Shown here: one piece after another, positions 26,080-40,065 of the stretch
Numbering within the stretch: the stretch's first letter is position 1
Layout of the letters: each line of letters opens with the position of its first letter
Source: Eledone cirrhosa
Lineage: Eukaryota
DNA length: 64,000 nucleotides
NCBI GenBank assembly: GCA_964016885.1
Contig: OZ024741.1
Location: 352,656,001 to 352,720,000 of the forward strand
Direction of reading: 5' to 3'
Position numbers and translations under genes: made by a program
Notes under the pieces: model-generated
What the model was told of the DNA's origin: nothing
The model's input: only the letters and a program-made list of their open reading frames with translations
Databases searched by the model: none

Positions 26080-26989
26080 CTTCCTCTCTTGTTCACACTC
26101 TACACTCCCTATTATTATTATTATTATTGATCAGTCTACTTACTACAGCTGCTTGTTTGACTGGTGTCTTCTCTTACCACACAAGGCCTTTCATCTTACT
26201 TTCCATTCCCACTGATACTGCCACCACGACCACGACATGGTCAACCGATGTATTAGAAATAGCAGCGAAATCTTCCAATTGAGCTCTATTGTCTTACATA
26301 AGGAAAGGACACATTAGATAACACTAAATCTTTTTTTTATATGCTGCAACAGTTAGAGCACCTTTGATCACTAGGTCTTGATCAAGGGTGACCTGGGGTT
26401 GGGAAACAATAAAATACCACTCCACCACTAACAACAACAACCAATGAGCTAATGAGGGTCCCAACATGGTTATTTGAGTTACTAGACATAGCAGTTAAAT
26501 TCCCTCAAATGAGACCCTACCTTCTTAAAAGAAAAAAGGACACATTAGTTAATGTGGTCCTAGATATACAAAGAAAAAATACAACGTATTGTCATGGTTG
26601 AAATGTTATTGGTCATAGGTTAGGCTAATCAGGGCTGGCCTGGGGTCATACAACAACAACAGCTATGATAATAGTAAGAGCCCTCCCCTACTACCATCAT
26701 GATAGTCTATTAAGACAGACTGAGGGCTATACTAACCTCAACAACAAACACTTGGGAAATAGTAAACCCCCCCCCCCACACACACACAATGATACTCAAT
26801 TATAGCCGACCTAGGGCTATACAGCAACAATAACAACTATGATAATATCAGCCATTAGAGCTGACTTAGGGTTATACAACAATACCAATAACTACAATAA
26901 TAGTGACAGCCTACCACAATACTAGTTAGACCACCATTTAACCGGCACTTACTAACCTAGCTACCTATCTATTTATTTACCTGTTGCAG

Positions 26990-27154
26990 TCTAGTTTCAG
27001 CAACAAGGTTCTACAAACTAGACTAACACCAACAATCGTGACTGCTACTGCCATAGTCTAGCTGTGAGCACATACATAGATCCATCCATACATATATATA
27101 TAAATATCACTCATATATATATATATATACACCCACATGTGATTGCATAGACAA

Positions 27155-27190
<36 letters not shown>

Positions 27191-27244
27191 AAAATCAGTC
27201 ATAGCATTGTTAGTCTTTGAAACAGTTTTGTTTGTAAGAGAGCG
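26990..27244 (+). other. Candidate non-coding (5'UTR or poison) exon
   Basis: Perfect branch point TACTAAC at 26950-26956, acceptor ctgttgcAG at 26988-26989, donor gcg|GTAAGT at 27245. In-frame TAG at 27059 and an internal (TA)n run. Confidence 0.5.
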
Positions 27245-27332
27245 GTAAGTTTTTCTACAACCCAATACTATATAATACACACATACAGAGAGAGACCTGT
27301 CTCTCTATATATGTATATATGCACATTCATAG

Positions 27333-27333
<1 letters not shown>

Positions 27334-27421
<88 letters not shown>
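27334..27421. repeat. (CA)n microsatellite, ~43 units
   Basis: Directly visible. A similar tract lies at 26003-26076. Confidence 0.97.
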
Positions 27422-27423
<2 letters not shown>

Positions 27424-27522
27424 GACACATGTATATAGTCATGTACACATGCATACAACTGTATGCACAATATCATAGCTATATATAATTAAAATAAGCT
27501 TTGAAATCGTGTTTAAAAAAGT

Positions 27523-28508
27523 TCAGTTTAGCTTATTTTGTTTGTTCCTTAACAAACTCCCAACTAAAATTAAAATACAGTAACAACAACCATAACAAAG
27601 TTCCTTGGAAGATTAATACACTGCATTTCTTTTATTTTATGTTTTCCTATTTTTTGTTCATCTGCTTTCTTCTTTTCCTGCGTGCAACCTTTTACAACAG
27701 TGTAGGTGTTACTGTTTAAATTTGTTACTTACTACTAATACACACACCCACACATTACATATATCATCATCATCATATATATATATATAAACAACAACAA
27801 CAAAAAAAATATCATTATTGTGTGCATGGAAAAACGAATGTAAAAACATGATGACATATATATATATTTATAAAAAGAAAAAAAATCCACCAAGAACAGG
27901 ATATATTTTATTACCCTGAAAGTTATTTATTCTTTTATTTTTGCTAATTTTTTTCTTTTTTGCCAAGTGTAAAAAAATAAATCTTGCTTTGCTTCATAAT
28001 TGAAGACACAATAATTTGGAAGGATTCATTAAAAATGATCCATCCCTTCTCTCACGGATTTGCAATATAATAACTCTGCTTCAAATTGTGAGAGAAAACA
28101 ATAACAAAAAAAAAAAGGGAAAATAATTAAAAAAGACTTCCTGTTTTGACCATATGAGGCCTGTGCCTCACTACAGTTTTAAAGGAATGACTGGAATAAC
28201 GCACACACTATTGTTTGGAATACAGCCCAGTGCAAATCTGAAAACTCAATTACGGTTAATAATTATAATAATGATGATAATAAAGCCAGCCACATAAATT
28301 GGATACACAGTTTATTATATACACATATATAATAAGACCAAACACATTATTTGGATATATATACCAGCAGGCCGGTTAAATCACTGTTGTTGTTGTTATT
28401 ACTACTATTACTATATCTATTGTTCAGGATTATTTTGACTTTATATTTGGATAAACGTTCCTTACATTTAGGTGTGTATATCTATCTATATGTCACTTAA
28501 TATTCCAG
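27523..28508 (+). other. Candidate alternative first exon (long 5'UTR, possible short start MSLNIP)
   Basis: About 1 kb with no recognisable TE, ending in a consensus donor cag|GTAAGT at 28509. Inr-like TCAGTT at 27523 (start uncertain). ATG at 28490 gives 6 codons plus 1 nt. Confidence 0.45.
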
Positions 28509-29050
28509 GTAAGTCTGTCTTTGATCATGTTTCTTTCTCTCTGTTGAATGCAGTCATATGTGGAATTGTCTTCCTTTCATTTCTGGCAGGGGGGAAAAAA
28601 AATTACAATAGTTGTTTCCCACCCTTGAGGTAACCTCTGACTGTTGTTTTTCTTTTTCAAACTTCTTTTTTCTTCATTGCCTGTCATTGTTTTCACTTTT
28701 TATCTATATTCATCACCATCGTTTAACAACTGGCTATTTTCCCTGCTAGCAGGGGTTCGATAGGGTCATCACAGACTAAGTTTGACCACTCAGACAGGTC
28801 TGGGGGATACATCTCACATATGTCTGCTCTACTGTACTCCACACTACTGGGTGTGACTATCATGGCACCAGCACTAAGGAGCTTGCCATGTCTTTGGCAG
28901 AGATAAATAGTCTTTGTGGCCCTTATATTACTATTGTTTAACCCCTGGTCATGCTTGATTAAGAAGACATATGATCAAAAGCATTCCATCCATGAACATC
29001 TTGTCTTATTTTCAGAGAAATCAAGTTTTCAGTTTATCAATTTTATCCTT

Positions 29051-29090
<40 letters not shown>

Positions 29091-32019
29091 CAGTTTATTC
29101 TTGTTTAAAGGAGACGTGGCTGATATTTCTAGCTTAAATCACCAGTTATTGCTGATGTTGTTGTTTTTTAATGCCAGGTCAGTCCTGGTCTAATACTTCT
29201 ATGATCAAACACATCCTATTATTTCTATTTAGACATAGTGTGTGTCTTTTTTATGTTGTGTTTATTTAGTTTAAAATAGTTACGCCACTACTCTGTATCA
29301 TAATAGGTGGGTTGAAGAGTTGGTACCAGAAAAGGCATCTAACTATAAAACATTGTCTCAAAAAAGGACCCATGATGGGTAATTGAAAGATGCATGGCTG
29401 AGTGGTTCGGTTGTTGGACTCACGATCATAAGGTCATGGGTTCGATTTACAGTACAAAGTGACACAATGAGTTTTTGAAGAAGATGCTATATTTTGTTAA
29501 AGCATAAAAAAAACATCCTATGAGATGCACTGTGTTAGAAGCCAGCTAAACTTGCATAGGTTGGAGTTGCAAATTACATATTGAGTACAAAACATATTAT
29601 AGGGTCTGCAAAACTGATCTCTGCTTTAGCAGGGTAAATGGCCTTAAGATACTTGTAACGTATGTCCTTCCTCTTTTTATTTAAAGACAGTAAGATGTAA
29701 TACAAAAGAGATTTGGTTCAAGTAACCACATAGTTTGATTTTATTCTTTTCTTGACATTCCATCCCTTTCTTCAGTTGCATTAGGGAATCTACATAAATC
29801 ATTTGTGTGTGTGTGTGTGTGTGTGTGTGTTTCTATAGTTTCTATTTCATTGTCTACATGCATATGCTTGCAGATTCATCTAATAACTTGTTCTTTCTCT
29901 CTGTTTGAGCTCCCTCATACACACACACACACTTATCTAATGAATTGTTCTCTAACTCTCTCTCTCCCTCTCTCTCCTGCAGACACACACATACAGACAC
30001 ACACACATGGACACCAAATAAGATTCCCACATGAATAAAACAAACTGATATTCTCTGTCTATCTTGTTCTGTCAATAAAGGAAAGGTACTGAACACACTC
30101 CTATTCCGACTTAATTAACAGGTACAAAACAGGTAAGGACACATCAAAGTTAAAACACCTCAATGGAATACTGCCATTAAGAAGACACTCAAGTCTATTA
30201 ATGTGGATGAGGTAAAGAGGGAATTACTCAGACTTCTGCATCCATATTTAATTGATTATAGCTATTGATGGTGGATATATAGAGCAATAACTTTCCCTAT
30301 GTTATGACAACAAATAAACCTACAAAGTTTCATACTTCTTTATTTTCATTTACCTTAGTTACAGGTTTCAAAAAGTTTCTGACACTCAGCAGTCCCAGTT
30401 TGGCTGCGCCCCCCCCCCTCTCTCTCTCTCTGTACACACACACCCACCATCTTCAATTTTATTTCTGTGCTGGGATGGGTTTAACAGGCTATGTTCTGAG
30501 GCTAGACCAGCTAGGTGACCATGTCTCTCATATATTCCATATTTGGCATGATTTCTATGGCTGGATGACCTTCCTAACACCAATTGCATTACAGAGAGTA
30601 TTGGATGTGTATTTTTTTTTTTTGTGGCTCCAGCACTACCCCTTTACAGGGTGGACTAGGTGTGTTTTATCATAGCACCAGCACTAGAGAGGTTGTCACC
30701 GCCCAGACTGAAGAGTCCTCGTAGACCCTGTATTCTTTCTGTTAAATCACCAAGCACTATAGTCTTTGATCTCTCATCGCATTTACTTTTACTATATACA
30801 ATAATTATTAAAATCCCAATTGAGGGCTTATCTCAGTTTTGGTTGATTTGCAAGCTTACTGGTGAGCTGAAAGGGAGTGGGGCCCTTCATTGGGATTTTA
30901 CTAATTAGTATTCCAATTCTGAGCCTAAACATGCAATAAGTATTTTCCTGATCTGTGTTCCTCCTTGCCTCTGTACCACAAACACTTCATATGTGTGTGT
31001 ATTAGTGTATCAAATCATCATCTTACATCTGTTATCCATGTAACATAATATACAAGTAGTGAGTGAGAGAGCCCTATAATAGTAGATATTACATAACATT
31101 ATGCAGGGTTACAAGCTGCTTTCATACCAGATGCAAATTATTTTATTGGAGATAATATCTCTCTACAACTGTTCAATAATCATCATACTGTAATGTTTAC
31201 AAATGGTTGGTCAGTAAATTACAAAGAAAAGCAAGGAAAAAAATAAAATTTCTATGTGTATAAATTTGTAAGTAGAAGTGTTATTACCCATGATATCATT
31301 ATATTTATCTTGTCAGAAATAGCCTATAGTTACAGATTGTTGTTTTAAGAGTTGAATAAGACTGAAAGGTAATATATATTAGGAAGTAAGAATAGTTATA
31401 TATAGGACAACTGTATATCATTGGGGGCAGCTTTGGAAGAGATGATGTGTGAGGTTAAACATTTTGAAGAAAGTTGTCTTTGAGTTTGTATTAATTGTAT
31501 ATATTGGAGAAACTATTGCCTACAGTTGGTAGTAATTGTCATTAAAGTTGAAGAATCATGAAAAGTGCAGCCTACCACAATAGGTTCGTCTAGTGGAGGT
31601 ATATTGTTATGAAGTTAAAGTCTGTCCTAAGCTTGGAGGCTCATTAGATCAGGGCTTATTCCAGTTTCTTTGGTGTTAAGCAACTGAGAGTACAAGATTC
31701 TCTACTGGACAGGATGCCAGCCAATTACAAGGTTGATCTCCAGTTACTGCTGGTACTCATTTTCAGCTGCCTGTACTGGAGTAACATTAAATGAAGTGTT
31801 TTCCTCAAGAACACAATTCACAACCTGGTTTGGGAATTAAACTCATGACATGATTAAGTCCAACATTCCAAGAGGAAAGTATGCTCATATGTGATGCAAA
31901 TGTATGGAAGCATAGTGTTTATAGTTGAAGAATATTGTGTATGGGGGTAGTGGTGAAAGGTTTGCAGGAAGATGTCAGTCACAATGCGTCCATCCTCTAG
32001 GCTGGCTGGTAGAGAGCAA

Positions 32020-32375
32020 ATTCTTTCTAAAATATAGACAAGAAATATCTTGCTCTTAGAATTGAGATATTAACTGGAGGTTTTCATTCCTTGAAGAATT
32101 AGTTTTTTCAATTGTGCAAAGTTTGCATCTCTTGGACCCATTGATGTCGGGTTTAAGTTTTTCGAGGATTCTCCATTTGATATTGTAGTTTGTATTTCTA
32201 TCTTTTAAAGTCTGTATGTAGTTTGCTATAGCCATGGAAGTTCTCATTGCCAAACCCCTAAAAAATGAGACATGTGAATAGAATGTTTGTCTAAATTTTG
32301 ATTCAACCACACCAATATATTTTTTTTTGACTGCCATATGGTTAGGTCCATCTGTGGTAATTTCTCTGCACACTT
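32020..32375 (-). mobile_element. Penelope-like GIY-YIG fragment
   Basis: YIGVVESKFRQTFYSHVSFF..IANYIQTLKD..YNIKWRILEK..SKRCKLCTIEK. Confidence 0.8.
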
Positions 32376-32990
32376 CAGGGAGGAGTGTGGAAGAGAAAGT
32401 CAATTAAATTGATCTTGTACTGGACTGGTACTTGATTTTACCAGGATTTGAACTCAGAACATAAAGCATTGAAACAAATACTTCAAAACATTTCATTCGA
32501 CACATAATTCTGCCAATGATGATGAAAATATTAAATACTAATTATCATTCCTGTCTGAAAGGATGTAGGTTATGTAAAGTTAATCACTTTCAGACATTAG
32601 TTTTTAATGTTCTTAACCTTTGAATATCTTTTTTTCAAATGTCAGACAGTCAGAAATCTCTTCATCTACTCAAAATTTCAAAGATTTTTAATCCTGAGAC
32701 ATTTTAAAAGATGACTGTATCTTTCTTGTCTGGTTTATAGTTTTCTTTTCATATAATACTTGAATTGAAAGCTTCCTGGACAGAAGTGGTTAGAACTGAT
32801 TTCAAAAGGCTGAACCTCACAGAGGAGAGGATGAAAGAACATTGTGAGTAGAAGGAAGCTGTGCTGGAAAGGATCTGTTCAACCAATGCAAACATGGAAA
32901 AATGGATGTAAAATGAGGATGATGATAATACTTCAAATGTTTATTTATTACTACAGTATCAAACTAAATGCTTTACATTATTTAGTTTTG

Positions 32991-33167
32991 GATTGGCAGT
33001 ATCGGTAGAGGGTCGGACGTCATGCTTTCCAGCATAGTTACGTCCCTTTATGATCTGAGTTCAAATCCCGCCGAGGTTGACTTTGCCTTTCATCCTTACG
33101 GGGTCGATAAAATAAAGTACCAGTAATGCACTGGGTAATTGCTGGCCTTGTGCCTAAAGTAGAAACA
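32991..33167 (+). mobile_element. Young family B SINE with 14-bp TSD
   Basis: attatttagttttg at both 32977-32990 and 33168-33181. Confidence 0.92.
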
Positions 33168-33624
33168 ATTATTTAGTTTTGATCCTTACAGACCTGTGTC
33201 CAAATCTTATCAGGATCAGTTGTACCTGGGATTGATAAAATAATTATCAATCATATAATATGGCTGTTCAGTTGACTGAATCCTTCTCTTAAAATTTTCT
33301 GACCTTTTGACTTACCATAATAAATCATTAATATAATACTGGATAGACTGTTTTAGTCCTTTTGATTTGGGGATTAGTCTCTCATGCTCTTTAATTTTGT
33401 CTTTCATTGTTTCTGATCTGGTAATAAAATAAGATCCAGCAATATCTTAAATTGGGTCACCCTATTAAATATTCTAGGTGGCGAATTGACAGTCGCTATT
33501 ATGCCAGATAGAATGCTTTGTGGTAATCATTCTATCTTTCTGTGCTCTCTGAATTCAAATCCTACCGAGGTCAACTTTCATTCTTTCAAGCTTGACAAAA
33601 TAGTACCAGTCAAGTATTGGGGCT

Positions 33625-33680
<56 letters not shown>

Positions 33681-34190
33681 AGCTGAAGAGGGATGAGCTC
33701 TGCCAGGTTTAAAGAACCCATGATTGTGTCACTACCTGTCACTATGACTCCATCAGGAGTTATGCATTCATACATACATTCAATATCCTCCTTTACAAAA
33801 TTTGTCCATATTTCTGGTTGTAAGAAAACCAATACTATAGCAAAGAATATATAATAAACAAGACATGAGAGGAGGTAGGTCAACTGGGATGGGTCTATAA
33901 TTTTGAGTGGGTTTAAAATTCTATTCTTTTTTTCATTCTGTTGTTACTAGTCAGTACATCAAGTACATTACATAAATCATATGTAGCTACCACTAATCTG
34001 CAAGATAATTAATAGAGAGTTTGAAATGGGGCCTATATTTCAAACTTGAGCCTATTACCAACTTTCCATGGGCCTATTGATGTTGTTATTGTTAAGGCCC
34101 AGGCCCCTCTCTGATTCAGTTCACATAGTTCTAAGTGTTTCATTGATTTTGGTAGTAAGAGTAAAATTGATGACTGGTTTGCTAGCTTAG

Positions 34191-34411
34191 CACTTTAGCA
34201 TTTACAATACTCTATATATACTATTGTATTTTTGTGGTAAAGACTTTATCTTATATAATTATCTCACAGAATATCGAATCAACGTGTTTTTGATGTTATT
34301 TATTTTGAGAACAATAGCTTAACATAAATATGAGCAACCAGTTACGGCCAGTTTCAACAGAAAGCGGGGAGAGAATTATGGCCGGATATGGCCGGTTTAA
34401 ATGCTAAAGGG
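34191..34411. mobile_element. piggyBac-like TTAA MITE
   Basis: ttag-CACTTTAGCATTTA ... TAAATGCTAAAGGG-TTAA. Confidence 0.8.
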
Positions 34412-36629
34412 TTAAACTGCTAAGTTCAATCTGGTAAGCTAAAGGACCCTAACTCTATGGGGATGCTGTCCTGACAAACAGCTTATCATGGGCTTTTAAA
34501 ACCTGGTGGAGCCCATCCCTTTCCAGGTTAGAACACAGCCAATTTCTTCCAGAGAGAAATAGAGGAAGAATCGACCCCCAGTACTGGACTGGTAATTTAT
34601 TCATTGACCTCGGTAGGATGGAGGGCGAAGTTGACCTCAGTGGGATTTGAATACAGAGTGCAGTGAGACTGAACAAATACTGAAGTATCTTTAATCTGAT
34701 ATCCTAACGATCCTTGAGTTGCATTCTACACTTAAATTATTGGAGGGATTGAGTTTTTAGTGATTCCACAATAAAGTTATATGACTGACTGTTACAATAT
34801 ATTAGACAATATATAAGATAATAGCTTTTGTTTTGTAAAATATGGGAAACAATGTTTTATATCTACTTGTATATGATTTTCAATGGAGCAATCATAAAGT
34901 CAAAATAACTGAATTGTTAAGATTATTTTAAAACCACGAGGCTCTTAGTTTGGCCCCACTACACCACAATTGTTGCCTGAAGTTGGTTTGTTGCTAGCAG
35001 TTGCTACAACCAGTCTTTTTATTGCAGTTGATCTGTTGCTGCTTGCAGCCAGTCTGTTGCTAGAACTTATTCACTCAGCATGTATCAATTATTGTCCTCA
35101 GCAATACTATCTGTTATCCTGCACATTTCACACAATTCTTTTGATACTTTGCTGTTTTCTCACTAAACAAGCCTCTAATTTTTCCTAACCATTGCATTAC
35201 CTCACTTCTAATGAAATACACTGTATTTAGATTTCATTAATGGAATGTTTGGAAGGATTTACTAAGATTATTAAATTGGAAAATCAGTAATTTTTCTAGG
35301 TTGTCTCATTTTTTAAAAAGCCAGAATTAGTTATTTAGTTTACATATTGAGACCCCAACCCATCCTATTTATTTTATAATATATGGGATTTCTAGTAATA
35401 TGCTTTTTTAATGTTTTTTTAATGTATAAAGAAAATTAATTATTGCAGGAATGCTAAGACTTAAAATAAAATTTTGATGGAGATAGATTAGCAAAATTTA
35501 TAAGTGGTGGAAAAAATTTGAAAAATTAATAAGTGGTTGGGTGGAGGCATTATATGAGACCCGTTATATGGGGGCATTATATGTTTTTTTAATCATCATT
35601 TTTAATTCTACTGCGATTATTTCTGATGCTGAAAACATTGGAAATAATAAAGCCCACCTTTCTTGTAGATTCAATTTGTGACATCTGAAACATCACACCT
35701 TTATGGCAGATCTATTCTCATACAACACATTGAGTCAGCCATTCATTTTTTTTTTTATTGGTATTTTATTTTAGATTTTCAATTCATATTAATCCAATGA
35801 GCCATATGACAAATATGAGTTATTACTTGAGTTGTATGGGTTTTCATTGTAGTATTTTTTATTATTTCTGCTTTTCATACTTGGCATGGGTTGAACAGGT
35901 CTTTACAGTCAGTCAATTTTTATTTAGAGTTATTGCCTTCTTAGTTAGGTCAGGAGGTCATATCTCAATTATATGTACTATTTTTAGCCTAGTTTTTACA
36001 GTTTGATTCTCTTAACAGCAAACATTTTACAGTGTGATGGATTCGTTTTAGTGTGGTACCAACGCTATAGATAATGCCAGATCCTTGATATGACTAAAGA
36101 TTCCCCTCTACCTTATGTCTCTATTCAATTGTCCAACCATTTATTACTAAAGACTTGCTACAATAGTTATTACTATAATAATCATTACTAAAGTAGTCTG
36201 TATTAGTAGAGTGGTACAAGTTGTTACTACAGTTATATAAAACAGTTTATTACAAGAGCATTTTTCAGGAGTGTGTATTACTACTAGTATGTATTGTTAC
36301 TGAACTGAGTATGGTGAATTGGCAGGATTGGTAGGATGTTGAAAAAAAATGCCATTGTGGTATTTGTTCTGGTGCTTTATTTTCTGAGTTCAGATCCACC
36401 TGGTATCAACTTTGCCTTTCGTCTTTCTGGGAGTTAATAAAATATTGGGTTGATTTAATCAACTTTCTTCTTCCCTGCAAATTGATAGCTTCATGCCTAA
36501 ATTAAAAACCGTATTAAAACAGTATTCTAGTGTTGTTATCAACAGTTTCCTTAAATTGACATTAGGAAATGATTGAGTTTTGAAGTTGTGCCTCAAAAGC
36601 CTGTGTGGTAAAAATGTGGGGACTTACAC

Positions 36630-37015
36630 ACATCGTTTAATGTCCATATTCCACACTAGCATGGGTAGGAGGGGCAGTCCTTTGTGAGAGATCAGGTCAG
36701 AGAATCTTGATTCGCACACACAGAACTGATTTTGGGTTGTTTTCTACAGCAGGATGCTCTTTCTAATGACAACAACATTTACAGTGTGTGCTGGGTTCTT
36801 ATTGTTGTGGCACCTCCACAACCACTTTACAGTGTGGACTGGGTATCTTTTGTTATGACATGTACATGACCACTTTACAGTGTGGGCTGGGTGCTCTTTG
36901 TTGTGACATGTACACGACCACTTCACAGTGTGGACTGGGTGTTTTTTTTAGTTGTGACACCTACACAACCACTTTACAGAGTGGACTGGGTGCTTTTGTT
37001 GTGATACGTACACGG
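36630..37015 (-). mobile_element. RTE 3'UTR/SINE-body element with five ~48-bp tandem modules
   Basis: acag.gtg units at 36781, 36829, 36877, 36925 and 36976. Confidence 0.75.
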
Positions 37016-37404
37016 AAACAATAATTTATAAAAAGAGTTTTTAGACACATAAAGATGGCAGTAAACACATTATATGGAACAAAAAGTATCTGTTCTATTA
37101 ATGGGACATTATGAAGTCTGCAATATTTGTGAGAATGTATAGGAATATGTAGAATTACCAAAACAGATTTAGGTGTTCAGAATTACCAAAATGCTATATT
37201 GAGGATTTATAATAGATATAATTTGCAGAGGAATGCCCACTATAGTGTTGTATGTAAGTTAAGAATATGTAGAATCTGCTATTTAGCTTTACCTATTTTT
37301 TTTTATTCTATGGGGCTGAAGCTTGTGCTAAATTAATTAATTAGTTTGGGACTGAATCATACATTTTAGTCACCTCACCCCTTTTCCAGTTTGTATGTTT
37401 CCTT

Positions 37405-37640
37405 CTGCTGGTCAGTTGCTTGCTAATGGTCTGTTGTTAGCAACTGGATTGTTGCTAACAGCTGGTCTGTTGCAAGCAGTTGGATAGTTACTAACAGCTG
37501 GTCTGTTGCAAGCAGCTAGATTGTTACTAACAGCTGGTCAGTTGCAAGCAGCTGGTCAGTTGCAAGCAGCTGGTCAGTTGCAAGCAGCTGGTCAGTTGCA
37601 AACAGCTGGTGAGTTGCTAGCAGACGGTTTGTTGTTTGCA
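37405..37640. repeat. 18-bp minisatellite (gcagctggtcagttgcaa), ~13 units
   Basis: Near-perfect core at 37530-37610 with alternating 36-bp variants upstream. Confidence 0.9.
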
Positions 37641-38407
37641 TTTAATCTGGTCCTTGCATGCACCTGATCGAATACTAGCAATTTATCTATTTGTTGTAGT
37701 CAGTGTTGTTGAGTTTTCATTTCTTATTAGTTGAAATGAAAGCTTCCTAATTAATCACTAGGAATTATCAATAAACACACACCTTTTCTTACCTGCCTTG
37801 AATATTTGAAATTACTACCAGCTATTGTGTATAGATAAAAAAAATAAAACTACACCCTGATTTTAATCTAGACAAACACCTTGTGGATTATTTGCTGTGC
37901 TAGTTGTGCAGTTAAAATTGCTAGGTGTGCAACTACTGTTTAGCTATGCATGAAAAAGCATGTATTGTGGATAGAAGCTATTGCACAGTTACTCTGTTGA
38001 TAATGACAAGTACACATTAGGGCTGGTGGGAACATGTTTGACAACTAATAGTTAATCACTGAAATTATCTTTTATTTATTTATTTATTTAGTTATAGTTG
38101 GAAATCCATTTGGTAAACCTGTTATAGAGATAGATACTGTGTCCGAAAATGTCTTTCCTTGTCAAACTTTTCTTTAAAAAGTTTCTTGTTATCAGAGTAA
38201 TTTAGTTTGAAATCCTTTTGTTTCTCTAACAGCTTGGTTTCAAACTTCAGTTTAAAATCAGTCTGCATTTGTTAAATATTAAAGCATGTAGTGTTTTAAT
38301 AGTGTTCGTATTCACTTTTTAATGTTTTGTACTACATAAAATCACATTTGCGTGACATTCTCGAAAAGTACAAAACACTATGACTGTATTACATTAAAAA
38401 TTCAATT

Positions 38408-39765
38408 TGAGATCAACTCTCACCACCTCCACCCAGAACTTCTTTTGTCTACCACTATTGTGGTTTCCTTCCACTGGGATTTCCTGGCACAATTCACCCA
38501 GTGATCATCATCCATGCACATCATGTACCTGTACCAATGCAGTCGTCTCTCTTGCATACCACTTCGGATTCCTCTTAAACTCAGTTTCTCCCCCAGTTCA
38601 TCCAAGCTCTACCTTTCTCTCCCATTTACATTGCTTAATCAATGAAGCATGGCTGCTTCATTTTTCTCCATCCTATGCATGTTCTCTGCAGTCAGTGCCT
38701 ATGTTTCATTACCATGTAACATTTTGTTGTCAACAGTGGGAGTAGCTCTCTAAATTTCTTCTATGCTATCCATATTCTAGCTATTATGCTCTTGGAGCAC
38801 CCTCCTCACCTGTTAATTAGGTCACCTAGATAGCAGAACCTATTAACCATTTCTATGGATCCGTCATGAGATTGGAAAAGGTTTATATCACTGACACTTT
38901 TCCCACTGATTACTCTTGTACATTTACATACAAAGTCTTTCCTTTCTGTTGTATACCTGTTATCTTACTACATCTCTTGTGTACCCAGGATTTACATTGT
39001 GTACATGGTATAGAGTTTATGCCTACTCTTTTTCTACATATTGAGCAGAGCCGCTTCCATAAAGGAATCGAATCACTATCTTCTTTCTTACTTACTAGTT
39101 CTTTATTTTTGGTTAAGTTTACACTCAGCCCTTTTGATTCAAAATTTTGTTTCCATAGTCATAGCTGAATCCATAAAAAACAGCAACAGAGAATAAGTTC
39201 TAAGGACCAGGTAATTCACATGGAGAAGTTCCCATGGACAGCCAGTCTTAAACTCCTCATTTATAGCCTGGAGAACTATGATGAACAGCAGTGGGTTGAG
39301 AACCGACAGCTGATGGGCTCCTACCTGCATTTTGAATTCCTCATTAAACACATTTCCTACTCGCACTTAACTAATAGTTACTCTGTACATAGCTTGCACT
39401 TCTCTCACAAGCCTTTCTTCTACATCTAATTTCCTTAAGGGCCACCAGATAACAGAGTGAGGTATTCTGTCAAAGGCCTTTTCTAGATCAATAAAAGCTA
39501 AACACGGCAGCTTATTCTTGGCTAGGAATTTATCATGTAGTTGCCTCACTAAGAAGAGGGCATCTATAATACTTTTCTCAGGCACAAAACTGAACTGCAT
39601 CTCATCTAATTTGACTCTTTCCCTAATTAGCTGTGCTAGAACTCTTTCTGTCACTTTCATAACTTTGTTAGTTTTATTCCTCTGTAGTTGCTCCTTTCTA
39701 GAGCATCACCTTTACCCTTGTAGCAATGTGTGATTGTACTATTGTGCCAGTCATTGGGTATAGTG
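38408..39765 (-). mobile_element. Degraded RTE LINE fragment (RT region to C-terminus)
   Basis: KVTERVLAQLIRERVKLDEMQFSF, AFIDLEKAFDRIP, LNPLLFIIVLQAI..GCPWELL. Many frameshifts. Confidence 0.9.
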
Positions 39766-39934
39766 AACTGAAGATGAACTGAAAAGAGCACAGTTAAATA
39801 AGGCGCAAATTCCTGATGATTTTGAATGAATGAAACAGTTCTTGTCCTGTAGCAGTCATTTCTAAATGAAATCTATATATATTCATTTTTTAGTATTTTC
39901 TTTCTCTTGTCTCTTTCTATTTCTTTGTCTCTCA

Positions 39935-40065
39935 TTTTATCTTCTGATGGAGGACTAATGTCTGTAACATTAACATTCTTTTCCTACTATACCAAGCAAT
40001 AAACTAATATCACCATTGTACTATATTGCTCCCTTATGTTGTTTTTCCATGTTGACTTTTCTCAT
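39935..40065 (+). mobile_element. Old copy of the hammerhead-bearing pseudo-LTR
   Basis: tcttCTGATGGaggactaatgtctgtaacattaac..ttcctactataccaagc aligns with 8577-8640. The core is mutated. Confidence 0.55.
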
